Shown here piece by piece: positions 47,724 to 57,008 of a stretch of 64,000 nucleotides of DNA. The DNA is taken from positions 2,052 through 66,051 of the forward strand of contig CAYJEE010000001.1 of NCBI GenBank assembly GCA_964369145.1. Reading direction: 5' to 3'. Both the position numbers and the translations under genes were made by a program. This DNA is from an uncultured Candidatus Saccharibacteria bacterium. GTDB taxonomy: Bacteria > Patescibacteriota > Minisyncoccia > Phycocordibacterales > DATDWN01. Below the pieces are notes generated by a model. The model ran no database searches. It was not told the DNA's origin and saw nothing but the letters and a program-made list of their open reading frames with translations. Position 1 is the stretch's first letter. The number at the start of each line of letters is the position of its first letter.

Positions 47724-50478
47724 AAAATTATATGTACATTTTTTTGTTTTCAGTTTATTTTTGTTTTTTTTGATTGGATTTAAAACAGTCAGTGCTCAGG
47801 TTTGTGTCTCTGAGTGTACATCCGGTTTCGGAAGTTGTAGTTTTGTTTCAATGGGAAGTGGAGCTGCTTCTTGTGGTGGGGCAGAGTCATGTTCTACAGA
47901 TTATACATATACTAATTCAGGAGGTTCACTTTGTACTGTTACTAAATGTGCATGTGCAAATCAAGTTGTGCAAGGTACGTCATTTACAAGTTGTTCCGGA
48001 AGTAATGCGGGAAATGATTTGAGATGTCAGTTTGGTGGTGGATTTTGTCAGGCAAGTTTAGGTCCCGGTGTTAGATATTACACTGAATGTTTAAATAGTG
48101 GGGGAGGAGGTGGAAGTGGAGGTAGTGCATGTAATGGTAACGGTTTTTGCGATAACGGAGAATCGACCTTGTCTTGTCCCTCTGAATGTCCTCAACCAAA
48201 TTCTTACTTTGATCTCTCTGTAAGCCCCGGAACACGCTCTATTCTCAATGGCAATACTACAAATTTTACACTTACCCTCACACCTACAAACTCAATCACA
48301 ACAGGTCTAGGTGATGAAAGAGCAGTGGGGACATATGTACTACCTACACCAATACCAGGATGTCCTACTGGTGCGACATGTACATACTCAGGAGGCAATA
48401 CCATGACAGTAACTCAGGATACGACTGGCGGCGGTGTTGATTTTGCTGTACCAGCGACAAAAACTGTTCTCGTCGCTGCTTCAACTGTCATACCAAACAC
48501 ATACACACTTACTTTTTCTGCAGTTAACGCCTCAAATCAAACAAAAACAGCTGTCGCAAATCTTATCGTCAGTGCAGGAGTCAACAACGCATCTTGTTCG
48601 TCTATCACCCCGTCGAAAACTGCCGTAACTGCAGGTGAAGTGTTTAGTGCGACAGTGACGATGCAAAACAACGGAACAACTGTCTGGTCTCCAAACGATA
48701 TGCGAAACGACATCGCAGGAGTAAACAATTACCATGTCACAGTATCACCGTGGGCAGCGACATGGAATTATGGTCGTGATGATGTTTCTACAAATGTGGC
48801 TCCCGGAGGATCATTTACATTTACCGTACCGCTCACTGCGCCAGCGACGGCGGGTACATACAATCTCTCTACTCAGATGATCCAAGAAGGCGTGCAGTGG
48901 TTTGGTGCTTTATGTAACGCAGGAAATATTACCGTATCAGCTATCCCTGCTCCGACCGTGACTATGACCGCTCCTGCAGAAGTACAGCTCAACAATCCTT
49001 TTGTTGTTTCTTGGACATCAACAAATGCAGTGAGCGTTATACCAGGATCATCTATCGTTCCTCCTGCGGGATGTACGATGAGTCCTGCGGGCGCGCTCAC
49101 ACTCAATGATTCCCGAACAGTGACTTGTACTACTGTTGGTTCTAAGTATTTTCAAATCGCTGTAATGAATGGTGCAGGTACACAAGCAATAGATGGAAAG
49201 GCTGTAAATATCACCGCGCCCGCAGCACTGACACCTCCGACGAATCTTTCTTTGTCATGTAGTGGAGGTTTTGTAAATGCAAGTTGGAATTATACCAATG
49301 GATGGAGTACATACTATCTCCGAGCAAATCCCGCTGCAGATGATTGGACATGGCCTTCTGCTATTCAGGAAAACGTAGGTGTAGGTTCTTCATATAGTTT
49401 TCCTGCTGTTGTTGGACAGACCTATCATGTATGGGTGCACACGAGAAATCCTGCGGATGGTTCTTGGAGTGCAGCAGTAGATGGCAATGTGTTCTGTCCA
49501 AATACCGCAACGACAGGTACACTTACACCTGCAAATCCATCCTGTGTGATCGCTTCTGGAGCAAGTAGCTGTACAGTCAATCTTTCTTGGACAACTACCA
49601 ATCCTATTGGTACATCCGCAATTACTGCGGTTGGGATGACGAATGTAAACGGAAACTCAGGTACCAATGTAGCTTTCACAGTACCATATAGTAGTCGAAT
49701 ATTTTATCTCTACAACAACGCTATATTGCTCGCAACAAGTAATGCAACAGCAAGCTGTACAGGAGGAACTGCATGGAATGGTACAGCCTGTGCACCAACT
49801 GGAGGTGGTGGGGGAACATCATCTATTATCGGAAGAGTGTGTAAAGACGACAGTGGAAATGGTGTATGTGATGGTGGAGAAATTTATATACGAGATATTT
49901 CACTTGCGCCATGTACGATCACATCGTCTCCTCAAAGTGGCTTCTCTGTAAACTATTCAGGTCCAGAAAATGGAACAGCATTGATCAATGAATGTAGTCC
50001 AACCAGTGGGTTTCCTCGGTATTCAAAAGCATCTCTTGGTGCGGGCACATATAGCGTAAGTCTTATTCCGCCTGCTGGCTGGGTCACTACAGGATGTGTA
50101 CAAAGTGCAAGTAATGTATTTTCAAACTGTGCATCTGTCGGCACTGGATCAGTTACTGTTGCTGTGGGAGGTATTGAAAATGTGACGTTTGCTGTTAGAC
50201 CCCCTGTAGCTGTAAATTACTCTGTCACAGTCAACAAAACAGTAGGCGGGACAGTTACGAGTACTGACAATTTGATTAATTGTGGTGGTACGTGTTCTCG
50301 TCAGTATGCAGAAGGTTCTACGGTAACACTACAGGCAACACCTCTCTCTGTTCAGTGGAGATTTGCAGGATGGAGTGGTGCGTGTACAGGTACAGGTAAC
50401 TGCGTGCTCACAGTAGATGGCAACAAGTCTGTTACTGCCTCATTTAAACCTCGATCGCTCCTCTATCAAGAATTTTAA
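47716..50478 (+). CDS. giant secreted Cys/Thr/Gly-rich surface protein with C-terminal InlB-B-repeat-like domain
   Basis: signal peptide; Cys-rich N-module; C-terminus ...GGTVTSTD..INCGGTCSRQYAEGSTVTLQATP..WRFAGWSGACTGTGNCVLTV... Confidence 0.55.
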   Translation: MNKKLYVHFFVFSLFLFFLIGFKTVSAQVCVSECTSGFGSCSFVSMGSGAASCGGAESCSTDYTYTNSGGSLCTVTKCACANQVVQGTSFTSCSGSNAGNDLRCQFGGGFCQASLGPGVRYYTECLNSGGGGGSGGSACNGNGFCDNGESTLSCPSECPQPNSYFDLSVSPGTRSILNGNTTNFTLTLTPTNSITTGLGDERAVGTYVLPTPIPGCPTGATCTYSGGNTMTVTQDTTGGGVDFAVPATKTVLVAASTVIPNTYTLTFSAVNASNQTKTAVANLIVSAGVNNASCSSITPSKTAVTAGEVFSATVTMQNNGTTVWSPNDMRNDIAGVNNYHVTVSPWAATWNYGRDDVSTNVAPGGSFTFTVPLTAPATAGTYNLSTQMIQEGVQWFGALCNAGNITVSAIPAPTVTMTAPAEVQLNNPFVVSWTSTNAVSVIPGSSIVPPAGCTMSPAGALTLNDSRTVTCTTVGSKYFQIAVMNGAGTQAIDGKAVNITAPAALTPPTNLSLSCSGGFVNASWNYTNGWSTYYLRANPAADDWTWPSAIQENVGVGSSYSFPAVVGQTYHVWVHTRNPADGSWSAAVDGNVFCPNTATTGTLTPANPSCVIASGASSCTVNLSWTTTNPIGTSAITAVGMTNVNGNSGTNVAFTVPYSSRIFYLYNNAILLATSNATASCTGGTAWNGTACAPTGGGGGTSSIIGRVCKDDSGNGVCDGGEIYIRDISLAPCTITSSPQSGFSVNYSGPENGTALINECSPTSGFPRYSKASLGAGTYSVSLIPPAGWVTTGCVQSASNVFSNCASVGTGSVTVAVGGIENVTFAVRPPVAVNYSVTVNKTVGGTVTSTDNLINCGGTCSRQYAEGSTVTLQATPLSVQWRFAGWSGACTGTGNCVLTVDGNKSVTASFKPRSLLYQEF

Positions 50479-50691
50479 GGGGTACATGAGAGAAGAAAAA
50501 TAGTTTAAATTTTGAAATATACAGAGACGACCTAAAAAGGTCGTTTTTTGTTGCATATCACTTTTTTGGGGTAGGGGAGGTTTCATACCAATATGGCTTT
50601 ATAGAGCCATATTATTTGTGATTTACAAAAAAAGTACTTGACAGAAAGGGTAGGGGTGTGCTAGAGTATTAGGGAACTCAAACGTTATGTA

Positions 50692-51240
50692 TTGGGTTTT
50701 TTCTTTAGGGTTAAACCACCCTTTATTCCAGACACGTCAGAATTACTACTTAAAAAACATCTTATTTTAAACTTTACTGCTATTAGTTTGTTTATGGTCT
50801 TCTCGACTGTTGCTGGAGTTCATACTCCAGTCACCGTTACAGAAATTCCCCAGACAGAGATTCAGATAAAAAGTGAAAATCTCAAAAAAGAGAATATTGC
50901 AAAGAAAATGTCGACCGAAGAGTATGTGAGAAATCACTTCTCGGACACACCTATCCTTGCTGAAATCGCACGATGTGAGTCTCAGTTTCGTCAGTTTGAT
51001 AAAAAGACTGGTGAAGTATTGCGAGGTGTAGTAAATAACAAAGATGTGGGAGTGATGCAGGTCAACGAGTATTATCACTTGGAGACTGCAGAAAAAGCCA
51101 ACATCAACATCTATACACTCGAAGGAAACCTTGAATACGCCCGAAAGCTCTATAAGCAATTCGGTACCGATCCATGGAATTCATCGAAACCTTGTTGGGG
51201 TAAACATCTACAACAGCTCGCTGTTGAAGTGAAAGCCTAA
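50692..51240 (+). CDS. secreted protein with transglycosylase/Rpf-like lysozyme-fold domain
   Basis: ARCESQF...VGVMQVNEYYH...; signal/TM at N-terminus. Confidence 0.45.
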   Translation: MGFFFRVKPPFIPDTSELLLKKHLILNFTAISLFMVFSTVAGVHTPVTVTEIPQTEIQIKSENLKKENIAKKMSTEEYVRNHFSDTPILAEIARCESQFRQFDKKTGEVLRGVVNNKDVGVMQVNEYYHLETAEKANINIYTLEGNLEYARKLYKQFGTDPWNSSKPCWGKHLQQLAVEVKA

Positions 51241-51343
51241 TACAAACTTAAAACAAAAGCTCCTGTAATGGGAGTTTTTGTTTTGTATAAAAATATCCCC
51301 ACCAAAGGATTTTGCTCGGGTGGGGAAATACGAAGAGGGATAT

Positions 51344-51823
51344 TCATCCTTGTTTCTTTAGGAGTTCTCGAATTACGTGATGGAGCTGGGTAAACCCATC
51401 AAGTCCCTTTTGCACAATACGAACCATAGGATCCTTCAGGATCTCATTGGGAAGTTCTTCTCCCAGCTCGCCGTTTCTGTGGGTGTGGATGATGATGGGG
51501 ATATAGCACCCATCTTCACGAAGTTTATTGATCAAGTGTACAGATGTTCCGTTCATATAGAGAGGGTCGCATTGGTTCAAGGATGGGATCTGCGCGACAA
51601 TTCTTTCATATGCATCACCACACTCAGGATCATCCAGTGAAGGGTCCGTAAGAGGAAAATCGTATTCCATTACCAAGACCCTTAGATCCGGTTTGGCCGG
51701 TAGGAAATCTGCAAGTGTGTAATACACGTCAACAGATGCATCAAAGGCTTTTCTTAGAGCCTCTGCAATCTGTAATGCTTCACCAGGAAGAAAGTTGTCA
51801 ATAACCGCAATTTTTATGTTCAT
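51344..51823 (-). CDS. hypothetical protein with flavodoxin/receiver-like fold (no phospho-Asp signature)
   Basis: MNIKIAVIDN start with GGAG SD; alternating beta-alpha pattern. Confidence 0.4.
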   Translation of the reverse strand: MNIKIAVIDNFLPGEALQIAEALRKAFDASVDVYYTLADFLPAKPDLRVLVMEYDFPLTDPSLDDPECGDAYERIVAQIPSLNQCDPLYMNGTSVHLINKLREDGCYIPIIIHTHRNGELGEELPNEILKDPMVRIVQKGLDGFTQLHHVIRELLKKQG

Positions 51824-51860
51824 GGTTGCTCCTAAGTTATTTATAGCATTTAGGAGACCA

Positions 51861-52010
51861 AAGTAAAGCATGTCGCACTACAAGAGTACTAATGTATTAC
51901 TAAGGCCCCTATGCAGGGGACCTAAGTAATACATGTCGCACCACAAGAGTACTAGTTAGTATCTAACGAGGGGATGAACCCCTCGAAGATACTAATGTCG
52001 CACAATATAT
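51861..52010. repeat. about 63-bp tandem degenerate repeat (2.5 units), each unit = AAGTAA..CATGTCGCAC.ACAAGAGTACTA motif + GC hairpin (CCCCT..AGGGG or GAGGGG..CCCCTC)
   Basis: units start at 51861, 51924 and 51986. Confidence 0.5.
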
Positions 52011-52175
52011 CTTTTGTACATGCTCGTACGAGGAGGCTTGGGCTTTTAATTGAATCATTTAAAATTTTAGAATCCCAAATTGATATATTTATATAAAAAA
52101 ATTCCCACTCTCCCCTTGAGGTAGGATTCATTTTTGTTTCTCTTTTTATATACCTTTTTTACTTTTATCTCTTAT

Positions 52176-52225
52176 TTTACTTCTCTTTAAAAATCCATAT
52201 TCCCAGTAGGGAAGTCCCCTGCCCT
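52176..52225 (+). promoter_or_regulatory. 48-bp element tttacttct(c)tttaaaaatcc(a)tattcccagtagggaagtcccctgccct, copy A
   Basis: near-identical to 55631-55678 (copy B). Confidence 0.6.
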
Positions 52226-52268
52226 TTTTCTCCATTCTTCTTATTAATTTGATATAATATATGTCTAT

Positions 52269-55200
52269 ATGATACGTAGAGTTATATTAAAATTATTTTT
52301 GGTAACAAGTACTTTTATGTTTTGCTGCGGGATTACATTTCCGTACGTTGGTGTACTAGAAGCTGCAGATGCGCTGATTATTTCTAATATTGGAGTAGAT
52401 AGTGTTTCCTACACATCTGTGCGTATTCAATGGAATACAGATATACCCGCTTCATTGTCTCGAGTAAAATATGACACTGTAGCAACAGAAGAGCCATTTA
52501 CAAACGGTACAGCTAACAAACTTAGTAATACTAGTACAATTCATGGATATACTCTTGGTGGTCTTGCGCCAAATACACTTTACAATTTTAAAGTGTGTTC
52601 AACGGTAAATTCAATCGAAACATGTAGCCCCACTCAGAATTTCACTACAACAGCTGCACCTTCAAATCGTTTTTCTCCGCCAACACTTCCAAACTCTGCT
52701 ACGTTGTCTTCTATGCCTACGATAAACGGTACTACACACACTGTAGCAGCTGATTGTAGTGATTTGCAGATAAAAATAAATACTGCCGCAGCAACGTCCG
52801 GCTCATTGAATCATCAAATTCTTATTCCTCCTACTGCTCTTTGTAAAGGTAATTATGAGCTTCCGTCTCGAGCTGGTACGGGTTGGATTGTAGTCCGTTC
52901 TGCGGCAAGTGATGCCCAGCTTCCTCCGGAAGGTACCCGTGTAGGCCTTAGTTATGCGCCTGTTATGCCCACTATTTACGGGCTAGTTGAAGGTGAGACA
53001 CATTTACAATCAACTATTTTTACAGAGAATCCAACTTCTAAATGGAGATTTGTTGGTGTTCAGATTAAAGGAAGTGCAGGGCGACGTGGATCAGCGGTTC
53101 ATCTTGGACGCGGAGTATCAACAGATATCATTTTTGATAGAGATATTTTTGATATATCAGGGGATACTACATATACCGTAAGAAATGAAGGTGTCCGCAA
53201 TATTGTTGCACATTCATATATCCATCATGTAAAAACAGGCTCTCTCGCAGTGGCAATTGGTCTGACGAACTCACAATATGCTCTGATTGATAACAACTAT
53301 ATCAATGCTCCTGGTATTAGCATTTTTGGTGAAGAAGGAGGAGGAAATCTACCGCCAGCTTCGGATATTACAATCACTCGAAACTTTTTTGAATGGGATA
53401 GTGTGAACAAAACAAATACAATAGTAAGACATCAATTAGAATTTAAATCAGGGGAAAGAATTCTCATTAGGGGTAATATCTTTAAAGACTCATGGACTGG
53501 CGGAATTACTGGTGGCATGGCACAAGTAATACTTTTCTTTCCAAGAGCAGGTTGGAGTGGTTCCATACGAAATTCATTAAATTATATTGCTGACGTGACT
53601 ATAAAAGATAATGTTCTTATTAATACTGCTGGCGGAATTGGCTTAGTTGGATCTGAATCGGCTGGAGTAGCTTCTGACGTAGCTTCAACTAAACGTTTTC
53701 TCATTAAGAACAATATTTTTTATAAGTTAAATGGTTATAATGGCGCTCCCGGTAATGCAGTAGCAGGATCTCCTTTTTATATTGCAGGAGCAATTGAAGA
53801 TGTAGTGATTGATCACAATACGATATATGATCCAAGAGGACTGTTTCCTGCTACTATTTGGTTTCTTGAAAACGTGGGTGCTGGTTTAAAATTAACCAAT
53901 AACATTATTACACAAAATTATACGAGTAGTATTGGTGGCTTTTACAAAAATACAGATTATCCAGGTCAGCTTCCAGTAGTAACGAACGGTAGCGCGTTTT
54001 CAACAATTGGCGGATCAGTGCGTGCAGCACCAAATGTAGACCCTACTCTTTTGGTACAAGGTAATCTTATTCTTCCTGGGGTTACTGACACTAGCTCAGA
54101 ATCAGCGTACTCAAATCCTTCTTCTTTCTATTCTCTTGCGAGCTGTACTACCTACTGGTCTGGCTTTACAAATAATGCTTGTGCGGGTAATATTTCTACG
54201 CTTACAGCAAACTCAGTAACTGCATCAGTTGGTTTTGCTAATACGTCTACATTCTCTGGTTTATATTTAGCATCTGGTCCATACAAAAATAGTGCTTCGG
54301 ATGGAGCAGATCCTGGAGTTGATATAAATAATTTAAATGCTCAAGTATCAAATACTATGACCGGCGGTTATGTTCCCCCTCCCCCCTCCGACACCACTCC
54401 CCCTGTCTTTTCTAATATTTCAGCCGGCACAATCACCACTGACTCAGTGATGGTCACCTGGACAACAAACGAATCCTCTGACACTCAGGTAGAATACGGA
54501 CTCACTGCAAGCTATGGTTCGTCTTCAACATTAAATGCAACACTCGGATCATCTCACAGCGTACCCCTTACATCACTGACTCCAAACACCCTATATCATT
54601 ATCGTGTAAAATCTAGAGACGGTGCAGGCAACCAAGCGATTTCCGCAGATCAAACCTTCACAACACGTGCTGTCGTAGCGACAGTGGTAGATCCGACATT
54701 AAATGTAGTCACAAAAGATTTCGGTAGTCTTCCGGTTGGTTCATCTACTCAACCATTCATGTTTTCAATCAACAATCCAAACAGTTCTTTTGTTGGAGTC
54801 AGTGCTGTGGCAGTAACGGGTGATTTTTCAATCACTACAAACTACTGTACTTCCGGTATGCAACCTTCTACTCACTGTGACATATATGTTGCTTTTAACC
54901 CCTCTACAAGTGGAACACGAACAGGTACTCTCATCATCACTCTTACAGGTGCTTCTACAAACACACTCTCTGTCACACTTGCCGGTACAGGAACAGCAGT
55001 CAACACACCAGAAGACCCTCCAATCCTTCCTCCACCTCCAGTTATCACACCCCCTCCTGTAGTCACTCCTCCTATCATTCCTCCTCCTCAAAAGATACCT
55101 CCACCAGGAATCATCATCACCAAAACTCTTGCTCGAGGAATGACTTCTCCCGAGATTATCATTCTTCAAACCCATCTCAAACAAATTGGTTTGTTTGAGA

Positions 55201-55601
55201 ACTCAATACAGACAAGCAACTACTTTGGTCCGGCAACAGAAAGAGCGGTTAAACTCTATCAAGCATCTAAAGGAATCGAGCAGACTGGTATCGTCGGCCC
55301 ACTAACACGAGGAAGCTTAGCTGGATCATCGACTCCACCACAAACTGTTACTTCTCAAGTACTTCCTACAACTGTATACATCGGTGTGAAGCATTCTGAT
55401 GTAGTGAAGTTACAAAATATTCTCAAGAGACTTGGTTTCTTCCCACAGAATGTTGATTCTTCAGGATACTTTGGCCCTACCACAAAAAAAGCGGTGCAGG
55501 CATTCCAGAGACAATACACTATTGCCTCAAGTGGTACTGAAAATACCACTGGGTACGGTATGGTGGGAAAGAAAACGTGGGCTAAGCTTTTAGGTTTGTA
55601 A
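52269..55601 (+). CDS. cell-wall-anchored surface enzyme: Fn3-like N-terminus, right-handed beta-helix (pectate-lyase-like) domain, Fn3, Pro-rich linker, two PG_binding_1 domains
   Basis: parallel beta-helix repeats; Fn3 with ...TPNTLYHYRVKSRD...; C-terminal PG-binding repeats. Confidence 0.65.
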   Translation: MIRRVILKLFLVTSTFMFCCGITFPYVGVLEAADALIISNIGVDSVSYTSVRIQWNTDIPASLSRVKYDTVATEEPFTNGTANKLSNTSTIHGYTLGGLAPNTLYNFKVCSTVNSIETCSPTQNFTTTAAPSNRFSPPTLPNSATLSSMPTINGTTHTVAADCSDLQIKINTAAATSGSLNHQILIPPTALCKGNYELPSRAGTGWIVVRSAASDAQLPPEGTRVGLSYAPVMPTIYGLVEGETHLQSTIFTENPTSKWRFVGVQIKGSAGRRGSAVHLGRGVSTDIIFDRDIFDISGDTTYTVRNEGVRNIVAHSYIHHVKTGSLAVAIGLTNSQYALIDNNYINAPGISIFGEEGGGNLPPASDITITRNFFEWDSVNKTNTIVRHQLEFKSGERILIRGNIFKDSWTGGITGGMAQVILFFPRAGWSGSIRNSLNYIADVTIKDNVLINTAGGIGLVGSESAGVASDVASTKRFLIKNNIFYKLNGYNGAPGNAVAGSPFYIAGAIEDVVIDHNTIYDPRGLFPATIWFLENVGAGLKLTNNIITQNYTSSIGGFYKNTDYPGQLPVVTNGSAFSTIGGSVRAAPNVDPTLLVQGNLILPGVTDTSSESAYSNPSSFYSLASCTTYWSGFTNNACAGNISTLTANSVTASVGFANTSTFSGLYLASGPYKNSASDGADPGVDINNLNAQVSNTMTGGYVPPPPSDTTPPVFSNISAGTITTDSVMVTWTTNESSDTQVEYGLTASYGSSSTLNATLGSSHSVPLTSLTPNTLYHYRVKSRDGAGNQAISADQTFTTRAVVATVVDPTLNVVTKDFGSLPVGSSTQPFMFSINNPNSSFVGVSAVAVTGDFSITTNYCTSGMQPSTHCDIYVAFNPSTSGTRTGTLIITLTGASTNTLSVTLAGTGTAVNTPEDPPILPPPPVITPPPVVTPPIIPPPQKIPPPGIIITKTLARGMTSPEIIILQTHLKQIGLFENSIQTSNYFGPATERAVKLYQASKGIEQTGIVGPLTRGSLAGSSTPPQTVTSQVLPTTVYIGVKHSDVVKLQNILKRLGFFPQNVDSSGYFGPTTKKAVQAFQRQYTIASSGTENTTGYGMVGKKTWAKLLGL
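55099..55601 (+). repeat. left copy of a ~503-bp inverted duplication (C-terminal 164 codons + stop of the surface protein; encoded aa 100% identical to the right copy)
   Basis: encoded aa identical to the gene 58255-60561 C-terminus; antisense translations 55355-55549 and 58217-58501 are also identical (64 aa); nt identity compared directly only in part. Confidence 0.85.
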
Positions 55602-55630
55602 TTCTGGATTATTTGTGACCTTAGATCATC

Positions 55631-55678
55631 TTTACTTCTTTAAAAATCCCTATTCCCAGTAGGGAAGTCCCCTGCCCT
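55631..55678 (+). promoter_or_regulatory. 48-bp element copy B, followed directly by TATAAT, upstream of the ECF sigma gene
   Basis: ...cccctgccctataatag. Confidence 0.6.
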
Positions 55679-55739
55679 ATAATAGATTGTTCGCTATAAA
55701 TTATTAAAAGGTACTATTGCAATATTCTATATTTGATGT

Positions 55740-56330
55740 ATGGTTTGTACCAGAGGAACCATTATGGAACCTGATATTTTGACTGTTTTACCAATAGTCG
55801 ACAAGTTGGTACGAGTGCTTACACGGGATTATCCACCGTGGGTGCGTGAGGGTTATTTCGACGATATGGTGCAGGTGGCCAGAATACGGATACTTGCACG
55901 TATTGGTACATATGATCCATCGAAGGCGCCGTTGAATCATTTCTTGACTCTGCACACACGTTGGGCGATTCGCGAGTACCTTAGAAGTAAGGAGTTCATT
56001 TTTGATCGATTCGTGCCGATTAGAGGCGGAGAATTCGATGGCATCGATTCCGAAGGAGTTGATGTTGTGGATACCAATGCGTGTACCGAACTGCGCCTAG
56101 TTGGACATAGCAGGATTGCGGAGGTGCTTCAGCACCTACAAGATTCTGTAAGTGAAAAACAATGGAAAGCAGTTAAGTTGTACTACTTTGAAGAAAAAAC
56201 TCATGCTGAAATTGCAGGCATTCTCGGATTGTCTGTTGGATATGTTAGAGAAATTATTTCTCGTTCCCTCAATATCTTTCGCGAAAAGCTTTTTTCGTTA
56301 AGAATAGATTCAGCACGTCATGTGCTGTAA
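55740..56330 (+). CDS. ECF-type sigma-70 family factor (regions 2 and 4)
   Basis: region 2 YFDDMVQVARIRILARIGTYDPSKAPLNHFL..; region 4 EKTHAEIAGILGLSVGYVREIISRSL. Confidence 0.7.
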   Translation: MVCTRGTIMEPDILTVLPIVDKLVRVLTRDYPPWVREGYFDDMVQVARIRILARIGTYDPSKAPLNHFLTLHTRWAIREYLRSKEFIFDRFVPIRGGEFDGIDSEGVDVVDTNACTELRLVGHSRIAEVLQHLQDSVSEKQWKAVKLYYFEEKTHAEIAGILGLSVGYVREIISRSLNIFREKLFSLRIDSARHVL

Positions 56331-56359
56331 ATGAGATAGAGAACAACAGGGGGTGTGAT

Positions 56360-56959
56360 GTGGTGATTTTTGTCGTAAAAGGTCAGGAAGTAAATGACTT
56401 CCAGATTACGGGAATTTGTCATGTGCTCACTGAAGCGAAGCACAGAGTGATACGTGGCACAATGCAAATGCTCATTAGTGATTGCGGGAGGTCAAGAGTT
56501 GAGTGTGTCATCATTGTCAATGACCGCAGAACTGAACAAACTTTTCAGTTGATTTTGCAGGCGGTATCGACCTCCTGCAGTTCAGTTATTGTGCTCACAA
56601 CCAAGATACAGAAAATGGAAGCTGCGAGTCTGGATGTGCTTCCAAAGAGAGTGTCTGTTCTAAAGATGGATACACCGGCTGAGAAGCTCTTGCTCGTACT
56701 GCAACTCTGCAACACACATCAGGTGATTCATCCTGATGTTGTGAAGCAAGTCACTGTTCCTGAACAGGTCGGGTTTACACCAAGAGAGCGAGAAATTTTT
56801 TCACTTCTCGTAGATCCATCTTATACACAAAGAGATATCGCTGGGTTACTTCACATCTCAGAAAGCACCATGAATACGCATGCAACCAGCATAAACAAAA
56901 AATTACGGATACCGGGTGGAAGACTGCATCTTATACAGAGGTACAGCACCAAGCCGTAG
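56360..56959 (+). CDS. LuxR/GerE-family HTH regulator with degenerate receiver-like N-domain
   Basis: C-terminal TPREREIFSLLVDPSYTQRDIAGLLHISESTMNTHATSINKKL; N-domain lacks the DD/D/K phospho-relay residues. Confidence 0.6.
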   Translation: MVIFVVKGQEVNDFQITGICHVLTEAKHRVIRGTMQMLISDCGRSRVECVIIVNDRRTEQTFQLILQAVSTSCSSVIVLTTKIQKMEAASLDVLPKRVSVLKMDTPAEKLLLVLQLCNTHQVIHPDVVKQVTVPEQVGFTPREREIFSLLVDPSYTQRDIAGLLHISESTMNTHATSINKKLRIPGGRLHLIQRYSTKP

Positions 56960-57008
56960 CAACCAAGTTCTGTTTCAAAAAAGGCCCTCGATCGTGAGGG
57001 TCTTTCCT

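Noticed and set aside
47774-49951. Multiple short ORFs on both strands inside 47716-50478
   Set aside because: Embedded in, or antisense to, the 920-aa surface-protein gene; alternative frames of a low-complexity region.
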